Translations under genes and position numbers: made by a program
Shown: positions 1 through 9,924 of the stretch, one piece after another
Numbering within the stretch: the stretch's first letter is position 1
Layout of the letters: every line of letters starts with the position of its first letter
Notes under the pieces: generated by a model
The model's database searches: none
The model's input: the letters and a program-made list of their open reading frames with translations, nothing else
Told to the model about the DNA's origin: nothing
Origin: Thiotrichaceae bacterium
Lineage (GTDB): Bacteria; Pseudomonadota; Gammaproteobacteria; Thiotrichales; Thiotrichaceae
Reading direction: 5' to 3'
DNA length: 29,362 bases
Assembly (NCBI GenBank): GCA_026992705.1
Contig: JALWYT010000007.1
Span: 1,312 to 30,673, forward strand

Positions 1-792
1 ACCACGATTAGAGAATGTTTGTAAAAAGATTGCACCAGCAACGAAAACAGTTGCAAAAGCAAGCCAAAAGCGTTGTGCTTGATACCAAAATCTTACAACA
101 ATTGCCGATGTTCCTTGGAAGATAAGTGATAATAAGGGGGCTGATGACAGCGTCAGTAACATGGATAAAAATAAAACAAGCACACCGACAAAATAACGTG
201 TTTTAAATTTAAAGAGCATCAGCATTAGCATAAATGGAAAAAATAGGGCGGCAATAGTGCCGTAAAGAATGGGGTGAGCGAATACATTGGTTGCTCTGAG
301 AATGCCTAGCCTTACATAATAATGTGTATAAAGCCGATAATCTAAGGAATCATGCCCTGTTAGCATTTTTGCCCATTCGTGCAAAATGCGGTGATGTGAA
401 AAGCTCTCGTAAACGCCAAAGCCAAACAGCAATACTAAAATAGCGACAAAGCTGATTTGCATGGTGTAAAAGCGTTTTGGTGTGGTAATCCACATTTTAG
501 CGAGGTAGAAAGCCCCTAGTGTTTCAATTGCATAAATACCCGTTGACTCAAGTGCTTTTTGAATATTATGATTATAAACAAAACTAATAAATACCAAGCC
601 AACTAATGCAAATAGCAGAATATCAATGAGATCCGCTTCTTCTAATAAGCGACGAAAATTGAGCAGGCTATAAATTAACGCGATGCCTAGCACAACGCGA
701 TAAGGCTCAATGCGTAAGCTTCCTGCCATAACGTGAAACTCGACAGGAATAAAAATTGAGAGAATAAATAAGATGATTAAAATGCTAGGCAT
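1..792 (-). CDS. O-antigen ligase/Wzy polymerase-like multi-pass membrane protein (partial, runs off the window edge)
   Basis: Not in the ORF track. My translation from ATG at 792 is open for 264 codons to position 1: MPSILIILFILSIFIPVEFHVMAGSLRIEPYRVVLG...GILRATNVFAHPILYGTIAALFFP...SMLLTLSSAPLLSLIFQG. Many hydrophobic segments, RAxxxFxHPIxYG and TxSSxP motifs typical of Wzy_C/O-antigen-ligase-like proteins, and a position downstream of wzx. Confidence 0.75.
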   Translation of the reverse strand, partial: MPSILIILFILSIFIPVEFHVMAGSLRIEPYRVVLGIALIYSLLNFRRLLEEADLIDILLFALVGLVFISFVYNHNIQKALESTGIYAIETLGAFYLAKMWITTPKRFYTMQISFVAILVLLFGFGVYESFSHHRILHEWAKMLTGHDSLDYRLYTHYYVRLGILRATNVFAHPILYGTIAALFFPFMLMLMLFKFKTRYFVGVLVLFLSMLLTLSSAPLLSLIFQGTSAIVVRFWYQAQRFWLAFATVFVAGAIFLQTFSNRG

Positions 793-822
793 GTGTTGTC
801 GCTACTATTTGTTCTGTAACCG

Positions 823-976
823 TAACTACTTAGCGAAATTAATGGTAAAGGTAGTCAATGATTGCTTATTCGGGACGCTGTGAATACATCCATGTAAGCT
901 CTAAGTCAGCATCCTTGCTGCCTAAGCCCGAAGAATCAACCACTGACTACTTTGCATAAATTACGCTAAGTAGTTA
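823..976. mobile_element. 154-bp MITE-like element with ~50-bp imperfect terminal inverted repeats and TA at both ends
   Basis: The left arm 823-874 and the reverse complement of the right arm 927-976 share a perfect outer 13 bp (TAACTACTTAGCG) and 20/24 inner bp. The core has small hairpins TACAT-CC-ATGTA and CAGCA-TCCT-TGCTG. No ORF. Confidence 0.7.
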
Positions 977-997
977 GCTATAACCTAAATCAATAAC

Positions 998-2296
998 TTA
1001 TTCACTGTGCCGTAGTGAAGATACTGCTTCAGGAATAAGTAATTTTTGATAGAAAAAAGTTATCATAACAGAAAATGCAAGAAATCCATTAGCAATTAAA
1101 GTGGCTATCGCTGCTCCTTCCATGCCATAAATTTTTATCAGGATCACATTGCTGATGAAGTTAATGATTAACGAAAGCACAAGGATTATATTCAAATAAC
1201 GGACTTTTTCTCGAATAATAAACATAAAAGAGAAGGTCAAACTGGTTGCTCGTAAAAATTGAGCCAGCAATAAAATCATTAAACTCGACTGTGCTGCAAT
1301 ATACTCTTCCTTAAACACTGAAAGTATAGGGGCAGAAAACGCTGCCATCAGCACAGTAACAGACAAAAGGACAAAAATGACTAATAAAGTTGCCTGCCAG
1401 AAAAAAGCCTTGAGTTTTGCGGACTCTTGTTTGGCGATATTTAATAAGCGGGGGTAAATTGTTGAATCTAAAGCACCTAAAAAGAATAAACTGACGAATG
1501 ATACGGTTGCAGCGGTGTTAAATAAGGCGACTTGTGCGGTATTTAGGAAGTAACCAACCATCAAAGTATCCGCCCAAAGCATAAAAAAAGAAAAATAAGA
1601 CACAGGAGCTAAGGGGAAAGATTGCCTCGCCATTGTCATCAAGTTCGGCACATTATTAGGTAGTTGTGAAAGCCTTTTTTCAAAATAACCCCAAGTCAAT
1701 AATAATGAAGCAATACCTGCAATCACCAGTGATGCAATATAGAGCTGAATAAAGTGCTGCTCTTGCCTAAAATCATTCCAAAATAAAAAAACAATAAGCA
1801 GAAAGCAGGAAGCGGGTAGGGCGTTTTGTATTAGGACTGATAATATCGTTCTTTTTATCGCCTTTAGATAAAAGCTATTGATGGTTAACAGGCTAAAAAA
1901 AAACAGGCTAACCCCTGCCCAGCGTAAATTGCTCAATGAAATTTCGTGATGAAAAAATTGCTGTTGCAGATAAGGAGCCGTGACCAGCCATAATAAGGTC
2001 ATAATGACCGAACAAATAAACGTGAGGACATAGCTGTTTTTTAAAAATGCAGAACGATAGCTAATATCTTCTGCCTTGCTGCTGGCGACCTCCTTTATTA
2101 ATAATTGCTCCAGCCCAATACGGCTAAGTAAAGAAACGCCCGGAATAAAAGTCATTAATAAAAATAAAACCCCCGCTTCAGGTCGTGCCAGTGTGCGAGT
2201 CATTAAAATACGCAAAGAAAAATTAAGACCGACCCCAATAAAACGAGCAATAATTGAAAAGAGACTGTGCAGAAGGAGCTTATCGTTATTTTTCAT
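998..2296 (-). CDS. wzx: Wzx-type polysaccharide flippase (MOP/MATE-like superfamily)
   Basis: 432 aa, hydrophobic throughout. Motifs RIL(M)TRTL..PEAG, MLWADTLMVGYFL...VALFNTA and LIKIYGMEGAAIATL. Sits in a polysaccharide operon. Confidence 0.85.
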   Translation of the reverse strand: MKNNDKLLLHSLFSIIARFIGVGLNFSLRILMTRTLARPEAGVLFLLMTFIPGVSLLSRIGLEQLLIKEVASSKAEDISYRSAFLKNSYVLTFICSVIMTLLWLVTAPYLQQQFFHHEISLSNLRWAGVSLFFFSLLTINSFYLKAIKRTILSVLIQNALPASCFLLIVFLFWNDFRQEQHFIQLYIASLVIAGIASLLLTWGYFEKRLSQLPNNVPNLMTMARQSFPLAPVSYFSFFMLWADTLMVGYFLNTAQVALFNTAATVSFVSLFFLGALDSTIYPRLLNIAKQESAKLKAFFWQATLLVIFVLLSVTVLMAAFSAPILSVFKEEYIAAQSSLMILLLAQFLRATSLTFSFMFIIREKVRYLNIILVLSLIINFISNVILIKIYGMEGAAIATLIANGFLAFSVMITFFYQKLLIPEAVSSLRHSE

Positions 2297-2339
2297 AAGC
2301 TAAATTTAGAGGAAAAGAAAGGCAATTCATAATAAACCA

Positions 2340-2807
2340 CTACAAGCACGAAGCAATAAATTGAATTAAATCATTTTGGCGTTGATTATCGCTAGGTGTT
2401 GGTTTCTCCAAGGTTTTGTAGCGATTTAATAAGTCAATCAAGCGTTTATTATTCGGAGCCGCATAAACGCCAGTTAATTTATCCATCCATTTAAGCCCAT
2501 CGGCTTGATGATCATTACGATGTTCACCGAGTTTATATTGACGATTCATCACAATAATCGGTACTTGTTTTTCACGAGCGGTAATAATATTCCCCATGCC
2601 CGCATGAGCAACCACTAAATCAGCTTGTTCGACACGCCGATTATATTCATCTGCATCAATAAATGCTTTCCACTGCATATTTTTAGGAATGTATTTCCCT
2701 TCGGCGATTTGAGCAAAGGCAGATTCATTATTGTCACCCACCCACTCATCGACAATACGAATCATGCGATCAAATGGAAACTGTGTGCCAACTGCAACAA
2801 AAATCAC
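2340..2807 (-). CDS. pssE: PssE/CpsG (Alg13-like) GT28 C-terminal glycosyltransferase subunit
   Basis: 155 aa. MIFVAVGTQFPFDRM, HAGMGNI and EHRNDHQ are the Alg13/PssE signatures. Overlaps its partner gene by 4 bp. Confidence 0.85.
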   Translation of the reverse strand: MIFVAVGTQFPFDRMIRIVDEWVGDNNESAFAQIAEGKYIPKNMQWKAFIDADEYNRRVEQADLVVAHAGMGNIITAREKQVPIIVMNRQYKLGEHRNDHQADGLKWMDKLTGVYAAPNNKRLIDLLNRYKTLEKPTPSDNQRQNDLIQFIASCL

Positions 2808-3262
2808 AAAATCGCTCCTTTAAACTGAGCTTTATCATCCGCTAAATGTTGCCACTGCGTTAAAAAAATGGTGACATGATTTTTTACCATTCGCCCAGAG
2901 CGAGAAAGCTGCTTAACATTGGCAATACTATCCACCCAAATTCGATTAATCCGCAAAAATTTGGCAAGCAACATGGTAACAACCCCCGGAGCTGTACCCG
3001 TTGAGATGACCGTATCAGGGCGTTCTTTTAACAAAATATAAAGCACTTGTATTGCACAGGGGATTAGCATGAGCTTATTATCAGCACTTACATCGACGAT
3101 ATTGTAGAGTTTTTTATCTGCTTGCTTGGATTGAAACAAAGCCGCAGGAACCGCATAAACAATCTTACAATCTTGCTGTTTTAGCAAGCCATCACAGATT
3201 TTATTAAGTTGAATCCAATGTCCGCCAGGTGAGGAAATTGCAAGAATTTTCTTTTGCGGCAT
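2804..3262 (-). CDS. pssD: PssD/CpsF (Alg14-like) glycosyltransferase subunit
   Basis: 152 aa. SSPGGHW, PDTVISTGTAPG, IWVDSIANV and FLTQW motifs. Confidence 0.85.
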   Translation of the reverse strand: MPQKKILAISSPGGHWIQLNKICDGLLKQQDCKIVYAVPAALFQSKQADKKLYNIVDVSADNKLMLIPCAIQVLYILLKERPDTVISTGTAPGVVTMLLAKFLRINRIWVDSIANVKQLSRSGRMVKNHVTIFLTQWQHLADDKAQFKGAIL

Positions 3263-3272
3263 GTCTTAGTCT

Positions 3273-4226
3273 CTATATTTTACGAAGATAAAAAGCGGCT
3301 TGGTCGCCTTGCTCATGAGCATTAAGCTCTTTCGCTCGTTTTTCAAAGTTTTTAATATCTTTTTTAGTGAAAATCGAGTGTTTTATGCCTTCAGCATAGG
3401 AGCGTTTATCCCTTAACGGAATATTCTGCTGATATTGCTCACTGCCCCAAAATTGCAAAGCATTAGAATCATAAATGACTTGCTGCAAAGCGAAACCGTT
3501 TTTTTCCGCCAGTTGCCGCATACTTTCGACAGAATGCAAAAATAAATGGCGTGGAGCATCTAGCTGAACCCAGTTCAAGCCATAGTGCATCCACGCATAC
3601 GATGACACGGTTGGAATACGAATCAAGCATTGCCCATTATCATCTAGCAACTGATGAACTTTTTGCAGAACTTCAGCTTGATCAAACACATGCTCAAATG
3701 AATGGTGGAACATAATTAAATCCCACTTGCCAGTAGCTTCCTGGATAGATTTTTTTTCAATGCTTAAACCGTTCTCATAGTGAATATCTGCTTCATTAAA
3801 GGGATCAATGCCAAGTAAATGTTGAAAGCCAATTTCTTTTAATGAAAACAGCAAATTACCTGCACCGCAGCCTACATCCATAATTTTTGAGGATTTTTTA
3901 AGCTTTAATGGTTTTAATGTGCTTAATTTAGGTTCAGGCGAAGCAAGGTGAATTAAACGCCCTAATAAGCCATGCTCACCCATTACCGCATAGCCATCGC
4001 GTAATTTCGTTAGCCATCGTTTAATGGGGTTAGCATGGCTATTTTTTTTGTAGGAATAATAATTATCAGGGTAATAATCTGCCAGATTATCAGGAAGATC
4101 AGCAATTTGCAGGCAGCCACAATTTGAGCATTCAAAATAGAGGTGCTCATCACCTAAGCCCAACATCATTTCTTTGGCTTTATATTGACGGTTATCGTGG
4201 CTATTTCCGCAAATTCTACATTGCAT
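3273..4226 (-). CDS. Class I SAM-dependent methyltransferase with an N-terminal CxxC...CxxC zinc ribbon
   Basis: 317 aa. CRIC...CSNC, SAM motif MDVGCGAG, then DLIMFHHSFEHV and QLDAPRHL. Typical of polysaccharide-cluster methyltransferases. Confidence 0.85.
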   Translation of the reverse strand: MQCRICGNSHDNRQYKAKEMMLGLGDEHLYFECSNCGCLQIADLPDNLADYYPDNYYSYKKNSHANPIKRWLTKLRDGYAVMGEHGLLGRLIHLASPEPKLSTLKPLKLKKSSKIMDVGCGAGNLLFSLKEIGFQHLLGIDPFNEADIHYENGLSIEKKSIQEATGKWDLIMFHHSFEHVFDQAEVLQKVHQLLDDNGQCLIRIPTVSSYAWMHYGLNWVQLDAPRHLFLHSVESMRQLAEKNGFALQQVIYDSNALQFWGSEQYQQNIPLRDKRSYAEGIKHSIFTKKDIKNFEKRAKELNAHEQGDQAAFYLRKI

Positions 4227-4231
4227 AGTGG

Positions 4232-5281
4232 CTAATGTTCCCCGAATAAGACAGCATTAACTTGCCATTTGCCAAGCATATTTAAATACCACTCCAGCGT
4301 TTTTTGAATGCCTGTTTCATAAGTTTCTACAGGTTGATAGCCTAATTCAGTAACTATTTTTTTGGTATCAACGGCATAACGACGATCATGACCTGGGCGA
4401 TCATTAACATGGGTAATCAGCCTATCGTGTGGAGCCTTTTCAGGGAAGGCTTCATCCATAGCAGAACAAAGTAATCGCACTAAGCTAATATTTGTCTGCT
4501 CATTATGTCCACCTAGGTTATAAGTCTCACCTGCTGCCCCTTTATTCAAGATAAGCTCAATGCCACGATTGTGATCATCCACATATAGCCAATCACGAAT
4601 TTGTAAACCATCGCCATAAATCGGCACAGGTTTATCCGCTTTTAAATTAGAGATAGTCAGTGGAATTAATTTTTCAGGGTATTGCCAAGGCCCATAGTTA
4701 TTAGAGCAGTTACTAATACTGATATTCATACCGTAAGTGTGATGGTAGGAACGTACGATATGATCAGATGAGGCTTTACTCGCCGCATAAGGGGAGGTGG
4801 GGGCATACGGTGTATTTTCCGTAAATGCAGGGTCAGTATCAGACAAAGTGCCATAAACTTCATCGGTAGAAACATGGTGGAAGCGATGATTATCAGGCAA
4901 ATGCCCATCATCCATCCAGACTTTTTTAGCCGCTTTTAGCATGGAATGTGTGCCGTCAATATTGGTTCTAAAGAAGGCATCAGGGCCATAAATAGAGCGG
5001 TCAACGTGTGATTCTGCGGCAAAATGCACAATGGTATCAATTTCATGCTCAAGCAATAACGTCTCAACTAAAGCCTGATCTAAAATATCACCATGCACAA
5101 ATACAAAGTTGGGATTGTCGTTTAGCGGGTCAAGATTGGCTCTATTTCCTGCATAGGTTAACGCATCTAAGACCACAACTTTGGAGTCTGGATAGTTTTC
5201 CAGCCAGTAATAAACAAAGTTAGTGCCGATAAAACCAGCACCGCCTGTTACAAGTAGATTTTTAGCTTGGTAATTAGTCAT
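4232..5281 (-). CDS. rmlB: dTDP-glucose 4,6-dehydratase
   Basis: LVTGGAGFIG, HFAAESHVDRSI, STDEVYG, PYAASKA, NCSNNYGP, DRPGHDRRYA. Confidence 0.97.
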   Translation of the reverse strand: MTNYQAKNLLVTGGAGFIGTNFVYYWLENYPDSKVVVLDALTYAGNRANLDPLNDNPNFVFVHGDILDQALVETLLLEHEIDTIVHFAAESHVDRSIYGPDAFFRTNIDGTHSMLKAAKKVWMDDGHLPDNHRFHHVSTDEVYGTLSDTDPAFTENTPYAPTSPYAASKASSDHIVRSYHHTYGMNISISNCSNNYGPWQYPEKLIPLTISNLKADKPVPIYGDGLQIRDWLYVDDHNRGIELILNKGAAGETYNLGGHNEQTNISLVRLLCSAMDEAFPEKAPHDRLITHVNDRPGHDRRYAVDTKKIVTELGYQPVETYETGIQKTLEWYLNMLGKWQVNAVLFGEH

Positions 5282-5301
5282 ATATTTTGTTTGCTTATTT
5301 A

Positions 5302-6183
5302 TTAATTTTTTTCAACCATCAATTCATCCAACATCTTGTCCAAACTTTTTTGCCAATGCGGTAATGTTTCGCCGATTGCTTGTTCGGTTTTGCGTTTATC
5401 CATTACGCTATAAGCAGGACGTTGGGCAGGTGTTGGGTAATCTTGTGTACGAATGGCTTTAATGGGTATCTGTGTATTTAATAATCCTTTTTGTAAAGCT
5501 TGCTGTTGAACGGCTACTGCAAAGTCATACCAGCTTGCAACGCCATTGTCAGAACAGTGGAAAAAACCGCTCTGCTGCTTTGCTTCTAGCTTCCAAATCA
5601 CCTGAGCTAGCGTATTTGCCCATGTAGGTGTGCCAATCTGATCCACAACAATACCGAGAGAATCACGTTCTTGCATCAGTTTTAACATAGATTTTACAAA
5701 ATTATTACCATGAGCCGAATAAAGCCAAGCGGTTCGGATAATCAGGCTATTATTTGGGGCAAATGATACAACAGCCTTTTCCCCTGCGTGTTTGCTTTTA
5801 CCATAAACACTGCTGGACTCACCCGTATAATCTTCCTCTAAATAAGGGGAGCTTTGTTTGCCATCAAAAACAAAATCGGTTGAGATTTGAATAATTTGTG
5901 CCTGATGCTCGCTTGCAGTAATGGCTAGGTTTTTAGCCCCTTGCTCATTGATTTTCCACGCCAGTTTGTCTTCACTTTCAGCCTTATCTACCGCAGTATA
6001 AGCGGCAGCATTGATAATCACGTCAGGCTGATACTCTGCGACAAATTGCTCAACTTGCTCTGATTGACAAATATCTAAGCGGTCAACATCGGTGCAAATA
6101 AGTTGATAATTTGTCGGTACTGAGCGTTGTAATTCATAGCCTAATTGCCCTGATGCTCCTGTGATAAGAATCTTTTTTCCCAT
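5302..6183 (-). CDS. rmlD: dTDP-4-dehydrorhamnose reductase
   Basis: ILITGASGQLG, INAAAYTAVDKAE, ISTDFVFDG, YGKSK, RTAWLY, DQIGTPT, RPAYS. Confidence 0.97.
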   Translation of the reverse strand: MGKKILITGASGQLGYELQRSVPTNYQLICTDVDRLDICQSEQVEQFVAEYQPDVIINAAAYTAVDKAESEDKLAWKINEQGAKNLAITASEHQAQIIQISTDFVFDGKQSSPYLEEDYTGESSSVYGKSKHAGEKAVVSFAPNNSLIIRTAWLYSAHGNNFVKSMLKLMQERDSLGIVVDQIGTPTWANTLAQVIWKLEAKQQSGFFHCSDNGVASWYDFAVAVQQQALQKGLLNTQIPIKAIRTQDYPTPAQRPAYSVMDKRKTEQAIGETLPHWQKSLDKMLDELMVEKN

Positions 6184-6194
6184 ATCATCACCTG

Positions 6195-6743
6195 TTAATC
6201 AAACACAATTGCATTACTGAGCGGTAAACCATTTTTATCTTTTTCAGATAAAAGAGGTGGAGCATTGTTGACTAATCCCCAATCAATACCGATGGTCTTA
6301 TCATTCCAGATAATCGTTTGCTCGGAGCCAGGATCATAAATATCCGTACATTTATATAAGAAATCTGCAAAATCACTCAGTACATAAAAACCATGAGCAA
6401 ATTGTGGTGGAACCCACAGCATACGGTGATTTTCTTCACTCAGTTCAACGCCTACATATTGCCCAAAAGTCGGTGAAGATTTGCGAATATCAACAGCGAC
6501 ATCATAGACACGCCCCGTAGTGACTCGCACTAATTTCCCTTGCGTATGATTTAGTTGATAGTGTAAACCACGCAAAATGCCTTGGCTGGAACGGCTGTGA
6601 TTATCTTGCACAAAATCAACATCAAGTCCTAATTCAGCGAATTTAGCTTGATTCCAGCTTTCTAAAAAGAAGCCTCGCTCATCACCAAAAACCGTAGGCT
6701 CGATAATTTTTACGTCAGGAATGGAAGTGTTTATTATTTTCAT
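6195..6743 (-). CDS. rmlC: dTDP-4-dehydrorhamnose 3,5-epimerase
   Basis: FGDERGFF, VQDNHSRS, LRGLHYQ, DVAVDIR, AHGF, LSEKD. Confidence 0.97.
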   Translation of the reverse strand: MKIINTSIPDVKIIEPTVFGDERGFFLESWNQAKFAELGLDVDFVQDNHSRSSQGILRGLHYQLNHTQGKLVRVTTGRVYDVAVDIRKSSPTFGQYVGVELSEENHRMLWVPPQFAHGFYVLSDFADFLYKCTDIYDPGSEQTIIWNDKTIGIDWGLVNNAPPLLSEKDKNGLPLSNAIVFD

Positions 6744-7609
6744 TATTTCACAATATCGTTGAGGTATTGACCATAACCACTTTTTTTAAGTGGATCAGCA
6801 AGTGCTAATAATTGTTCAGTTGTAATATATCCCATACGCCATGCAATTTCTTCAGGGCAAGCAATTTTAAGCCCCTGACGCTCCTCAATAATACGAATAT
6901 AATTAGCCGCATCTAATAAGGAGGCATGCGTACCCGTATCAAGCCACGCTGTACCACGTTTAAGCATCTCAACTCTGAGGCGACCTTGCTCAAGATAGGT
7001 TTGGTTGACATCGGTGATTTCTAATTCACCTCGATGCGATGGCTGTACTGCCTTAGCAATTTCCACGACATCATTGTCATAAAAATAAAGCCCTGTAACG
7101 GCATAATTAGACTTTGGCTTTTCAGGTTTTTCCTCAATACTCAAGGCTTTACCTTGATCATCAAAATCAACCACACCATAGCGTTCAGGGTCTTTAACAT
7201 AATAACCAAAGACGGTTGCACCCTCGGTTTCTTTAGCAACCGTTTGCAAACGACTTGGCAAACCTTCGCCATAGTAGATATTGTCACCAAGGATTAGCGT
7301 AACTTCATCATCAGCAATAAACGATTCACCAATAATAAATGCCTCGGCTAAACCATTTGGCTCAGGCTGAATAGCATATTGTAGATTTAATCCCCAATTT
7401 GAACCATCTCCCAATAAATTCTGAAAAGCCGCCTGATCCTGTGGTGTGGTGATAATCAAAATATCCTGAATACCAGACAGCATTAATACCGATAAGGGAT
7501 AATAAATCATCGGCTTGTCATAAACAGGCATAAGCTGCTTACTGACAACCTGAGTCAAGGGGTGTAAGCGAGTGCCACTTCCTCCCGCTAAGATGATACC
7601 TTTTCGCAT
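6743..7609 (-). CDS. rmlA: Glucose-1-phosphate thymidylyltransferase
   Basis: [52 protein letters not shown]. Confidence 0.98.
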   Translation of the reverse strand: MRKGIILAGGSGTRLHPLTQVVSKQLMPVYDKPMIYYPLSVLMLSGIQDILIITTPQDQAAFQNLLGDGSNWGLNLQYAIQPEPNGLAEAFIIGESFIADDEVTLILGDNIYYGEGLPSRLQTVAKETEGATVFGYYVKDPERYGVVDFDDQGKALSIEEKPEKPKSNYAVTGLYFYDNDVVEIAKAVQPSHRGELEITDVNQTYLEQGRLRVEMLKRGTAWLDTGTHASLLDAANYIRIIEERQGLKIACPEEIAWRMGYITTEQLLALADPLKKSGYGQYLNDIVK

Positions 7610-7808
7610 AAAACTAAAAACCTATTATTAAAATTTTAGTGGCTAGGGATTTTACAAGAAATACTTTTTCCCCAGTAAGAAATTATCAATAATCGGTATA
7701 GTTTTTATTTTTTATGGTAGAAAAATGAATCCTTATGCAATATTGCCCATAAACCTCACATGGCGTAGCATTAGCCCCCCTACAAATAAAAACAAACGTC
7801 GGTGATTT

Positions 7809-9212
7809 ATGGCAGGAAAAACATTATACGATAAAGTCTGGGATGCTCATGTGGTTCGTCAGGAAGATGATGGCACATGCTTATTGTATATCGACAGACA
7901 CTTGGTTCATGAAGTAACTTCCCCACAAGCCTTTGAAGGGCTACGCATGGCAGGGCGTGATTTATGGCGGGCGGATTCAATTCTTGCTGTAGCGGATCAC
8001 AATGTCCCCACTACAGGTTTAGAAAATGGCATTACTGACCCCGTTGCAAAAGTTCAGCTTGATACGTTAGATAGCAACTGCGAAAGCTTTGGTATTACTG
8101 AATTTAAAATGGGCGACCAACGGCAGGGGATCGTCCATGTGATTGGACCTGAGCAGGGAGCAACTTTACCGGGAATGACAGTTGTCTGTGGTGATTCGCA
8201 TACCTCAACGCATGGAGCGTTCGCGGCATTGGCTCATGGTATCGGCACGTCTGAGGTTGAGCATGTAATGGCAACGCAGTGCTTAATTCAGAAAAAAATG
8301 AAAAATATGCTCATTCGTGTTGATGGGCATGTCGGCAAAGGGGTGACTGCGAAAGATATTGTATTAGCGATTATCGGCAAAATCGGCACTGCAGGCGGCA
8401 CAGGCTATGCCATTGAATTTGCAGGCGAGGCGATTGAAGATTTATCAATGGAAGGTCGTATGACGGTTTGCAATATGGCAATCGAAGCGGGTGCAAGAGC
8501 GGGGATGATTGCAGTTGATGATAAAACCATCGACTATATAAAAGATCGCCCCTATGCTCCAAAAGCGGAACAATGGGAGCAAGCCGTTGCCGCTTGGAAA
8601 GAGCTAAAATCTGATGCGGATGCGGTTTTTGATAAAGTTGTTACATTAAATGCAGCCGATATTGAGCCACAAGTGACATGGGGAACCTCGCCTGAAATGG
8701 TATTGCCGATTAATGCGAGCGTTCCAAATCCTGATGATGAAGCTGATGCGGTCAAAAGTAATGCAATCAACGCCGCATTGGATTATATGGGCTTGGAAGC
8801 TGGAATGCCGATTGACAGTATTCAGGTCGATAAGGTTTTTATTGGCTCATGCACCAATTCGCGAATTGAAGATATTCGTGCAGCAGCGGAAATCGTAAAA
8901 GGACGAAAAGTCGCGGATAACATCAAATTAGCGATGGTTGTACCGGGGTCGGGGCTTGTGAAACAACAGGCAGAAGCAGAAGGCTTGGACAAAATACTCA
9001 TCGAAGCAGGCTTTGAATGGCGGAATCCGGGCTGCTCTATGTGCTTAGCGATGAATGCCGACCGCCTAGAACCACAAGAGCGTTGTGCCTCGACCTCTAA
9101 CCGCAATTTTGAAGGTCGCCAAGGGCAGGGCGGACGCACACATTTAGTTAGCCCCGCAATGGCAGCCGCCGCAGCGGTGACAGGTCACTTCACTGATGTA
9201 AGGAGCCTTTAA
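7809..9212 (+). CDS. leuC: 3-isopropylmalate dehydratase large subunit
   Basis: [58 protein letters not shown]. Confidence 0.98.
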   Translation: MAGKTLYDKVWDAHVVRQEDDGTCLLYIDRHLVHEVTSPQAFEGLRMAGRDLWRADSILAVADHNVPTTGLENGITDPVAKVQLDTLDSNCESFGITEFKMGDQRQGIVHVIGPEQGATLPGMTVVCGDSHTSTHGAFAALAHGIGTSEVEHVMATQCLIQKKMKNMLIRVDGHVGKGVTAKDIVLAIIGKIGTAGGTGYAIEFAGEAIEDLSMEGRMTVCNMAIEAGARAGMIAVDDKTIDYIKDRPYAPKAEQWEQAVAAWKELKSDADAVFDKVVTLNAADIEPQVTWGTSPEMVLPINASVPNPDDEADAVKSNAINAALDYMGLEAGMPIDSIQVDKVFIGSCTNSRIEDIRAAAEIVKGRKVADNIKLAMVVPGSGLVKQQAEAEGLDKILIEAGFEWRNPGCSMCLAMNADRLEPQERCASTSNRNFEGRQGQGGRTHLVSPAMAAAAAVTGHFTDVRSL

Positions 9213-9213
9213 T

Positions 9214-9846
9214 ATGGAAAAGTTTACAGTACACCAAGGCAAAGTTATTCCGCTTGATCGTCCAAATGTGGATACGGATGCCATTATTCCCAAACAATAT
9301 TTGAAATCCGTTAAACGCTCTGGCTTTGGCGTGAATTTATTTGATGACTGGCGGTATCTTGATGCAGGTGAACCTGATATGGATCACAGCACCCGCCGAA
9401 TCAATCCAGATTTTGTACTCAATAATCCCGACTATGCAGGCGGCTCTATCTTAATTGCACGCGAAAACTTTGGCTGTGGCTCATCGCGTGAACATGCCGT
9501 CTGGGCATTAACTGACTATGGTATCCGAGCCGTTATTGCCCCAAGCTTTGCGGATATATTCTTCAATAATAGCTTTAAAAATGGCTTGTTACCGATTGCT
9601 CTAAATGCCGATGTTGTCGATGCGATATTTAAAGAAATCACCGCAGGCTATGAATTAAACATCGACCTAGAAAATCAGCAAGTTACCACACCTAACGGCA
9701 CGGTGTATCCTTTCGAGATTGACGAATTCCGCAAATACTGCATGTTAAATGGCTTAGACGATATTGGCTTAACCCTACAACACGCCGATGCCATCAAAGC
9801 CTACGAAGAACGCCGCAAGCAAGAAGCCCCTTGGTTGTTTGCATAA
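9214..9846 (+). CDS. leuD: 3-isopropylmalate dehydratase small subunit
   Basis: [40 protein letters not shown]. Starts 1 bp after leuC. Confidence 0.98.
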   Translation: MEKFTVHQGKVIPLDRPNVDTDAIIPKQYLKSVKRSGFGVNLFDDWRYLDAGEPDMDHSTRRINPDFVLNNPDYAGGSILIARENFGCGSSREHAVWALTDYGIRAVIAPSFADIFFNNSFKNGLLPIALNADVVDAIFKEITAGYELNIDLENQQVTTPNGTVYPFEIDEFRKYCMLNGLDDIGLTLQHADAIKAYEERRKQEAPWLFA

Positions 9847-9858
9847 AGAAAGATTGTA

Positions 9859-9889
9859 GCTACTCAGTATGTAAATTATACTGAGTGGC
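9859..9889. terminator. Hairpin between convergent leuD and phoR, a likely bidirectional terminator
   Basis: GCTACTCAGTAT (9859-9870), 7-nt loop, ATACTGAGTGGC (9878-9889): a 12-bp stem with one G-U pair on the plus strand and A/T-rich flanks. Confidence 0.6.
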
Positions 9890-9924
9890 AATAATATAAA
9901 AAATACCTAATAAATTTGGTTTAC

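Noticed and set aside
1895-1903. T9 tract in the wzx coding strand, and A8 tracts in the methyltransferase (3750-3757, 4042-4049), as phase-variation switches
   Set aside because: All are in frame, and A/T runs of this length are expected in AT-rich DNA. Read-level length variation would be needed.
7725-7805. 26-aa uORF upstream of leuC (MNPYAILPINLTWRSISPPTNKNKRR) as a leucine attenuator leader
   Set aside because: Only two isolated Leu codons, and no terminator/antiterminator pair before leuC.
7610-7808. JUMPStart/ops element upstream of the rml operon
   Set aside because: No GGCGGTAG on the minus strand. The plus-strand GGCGTAGC is one base short and in the wrong orientation.
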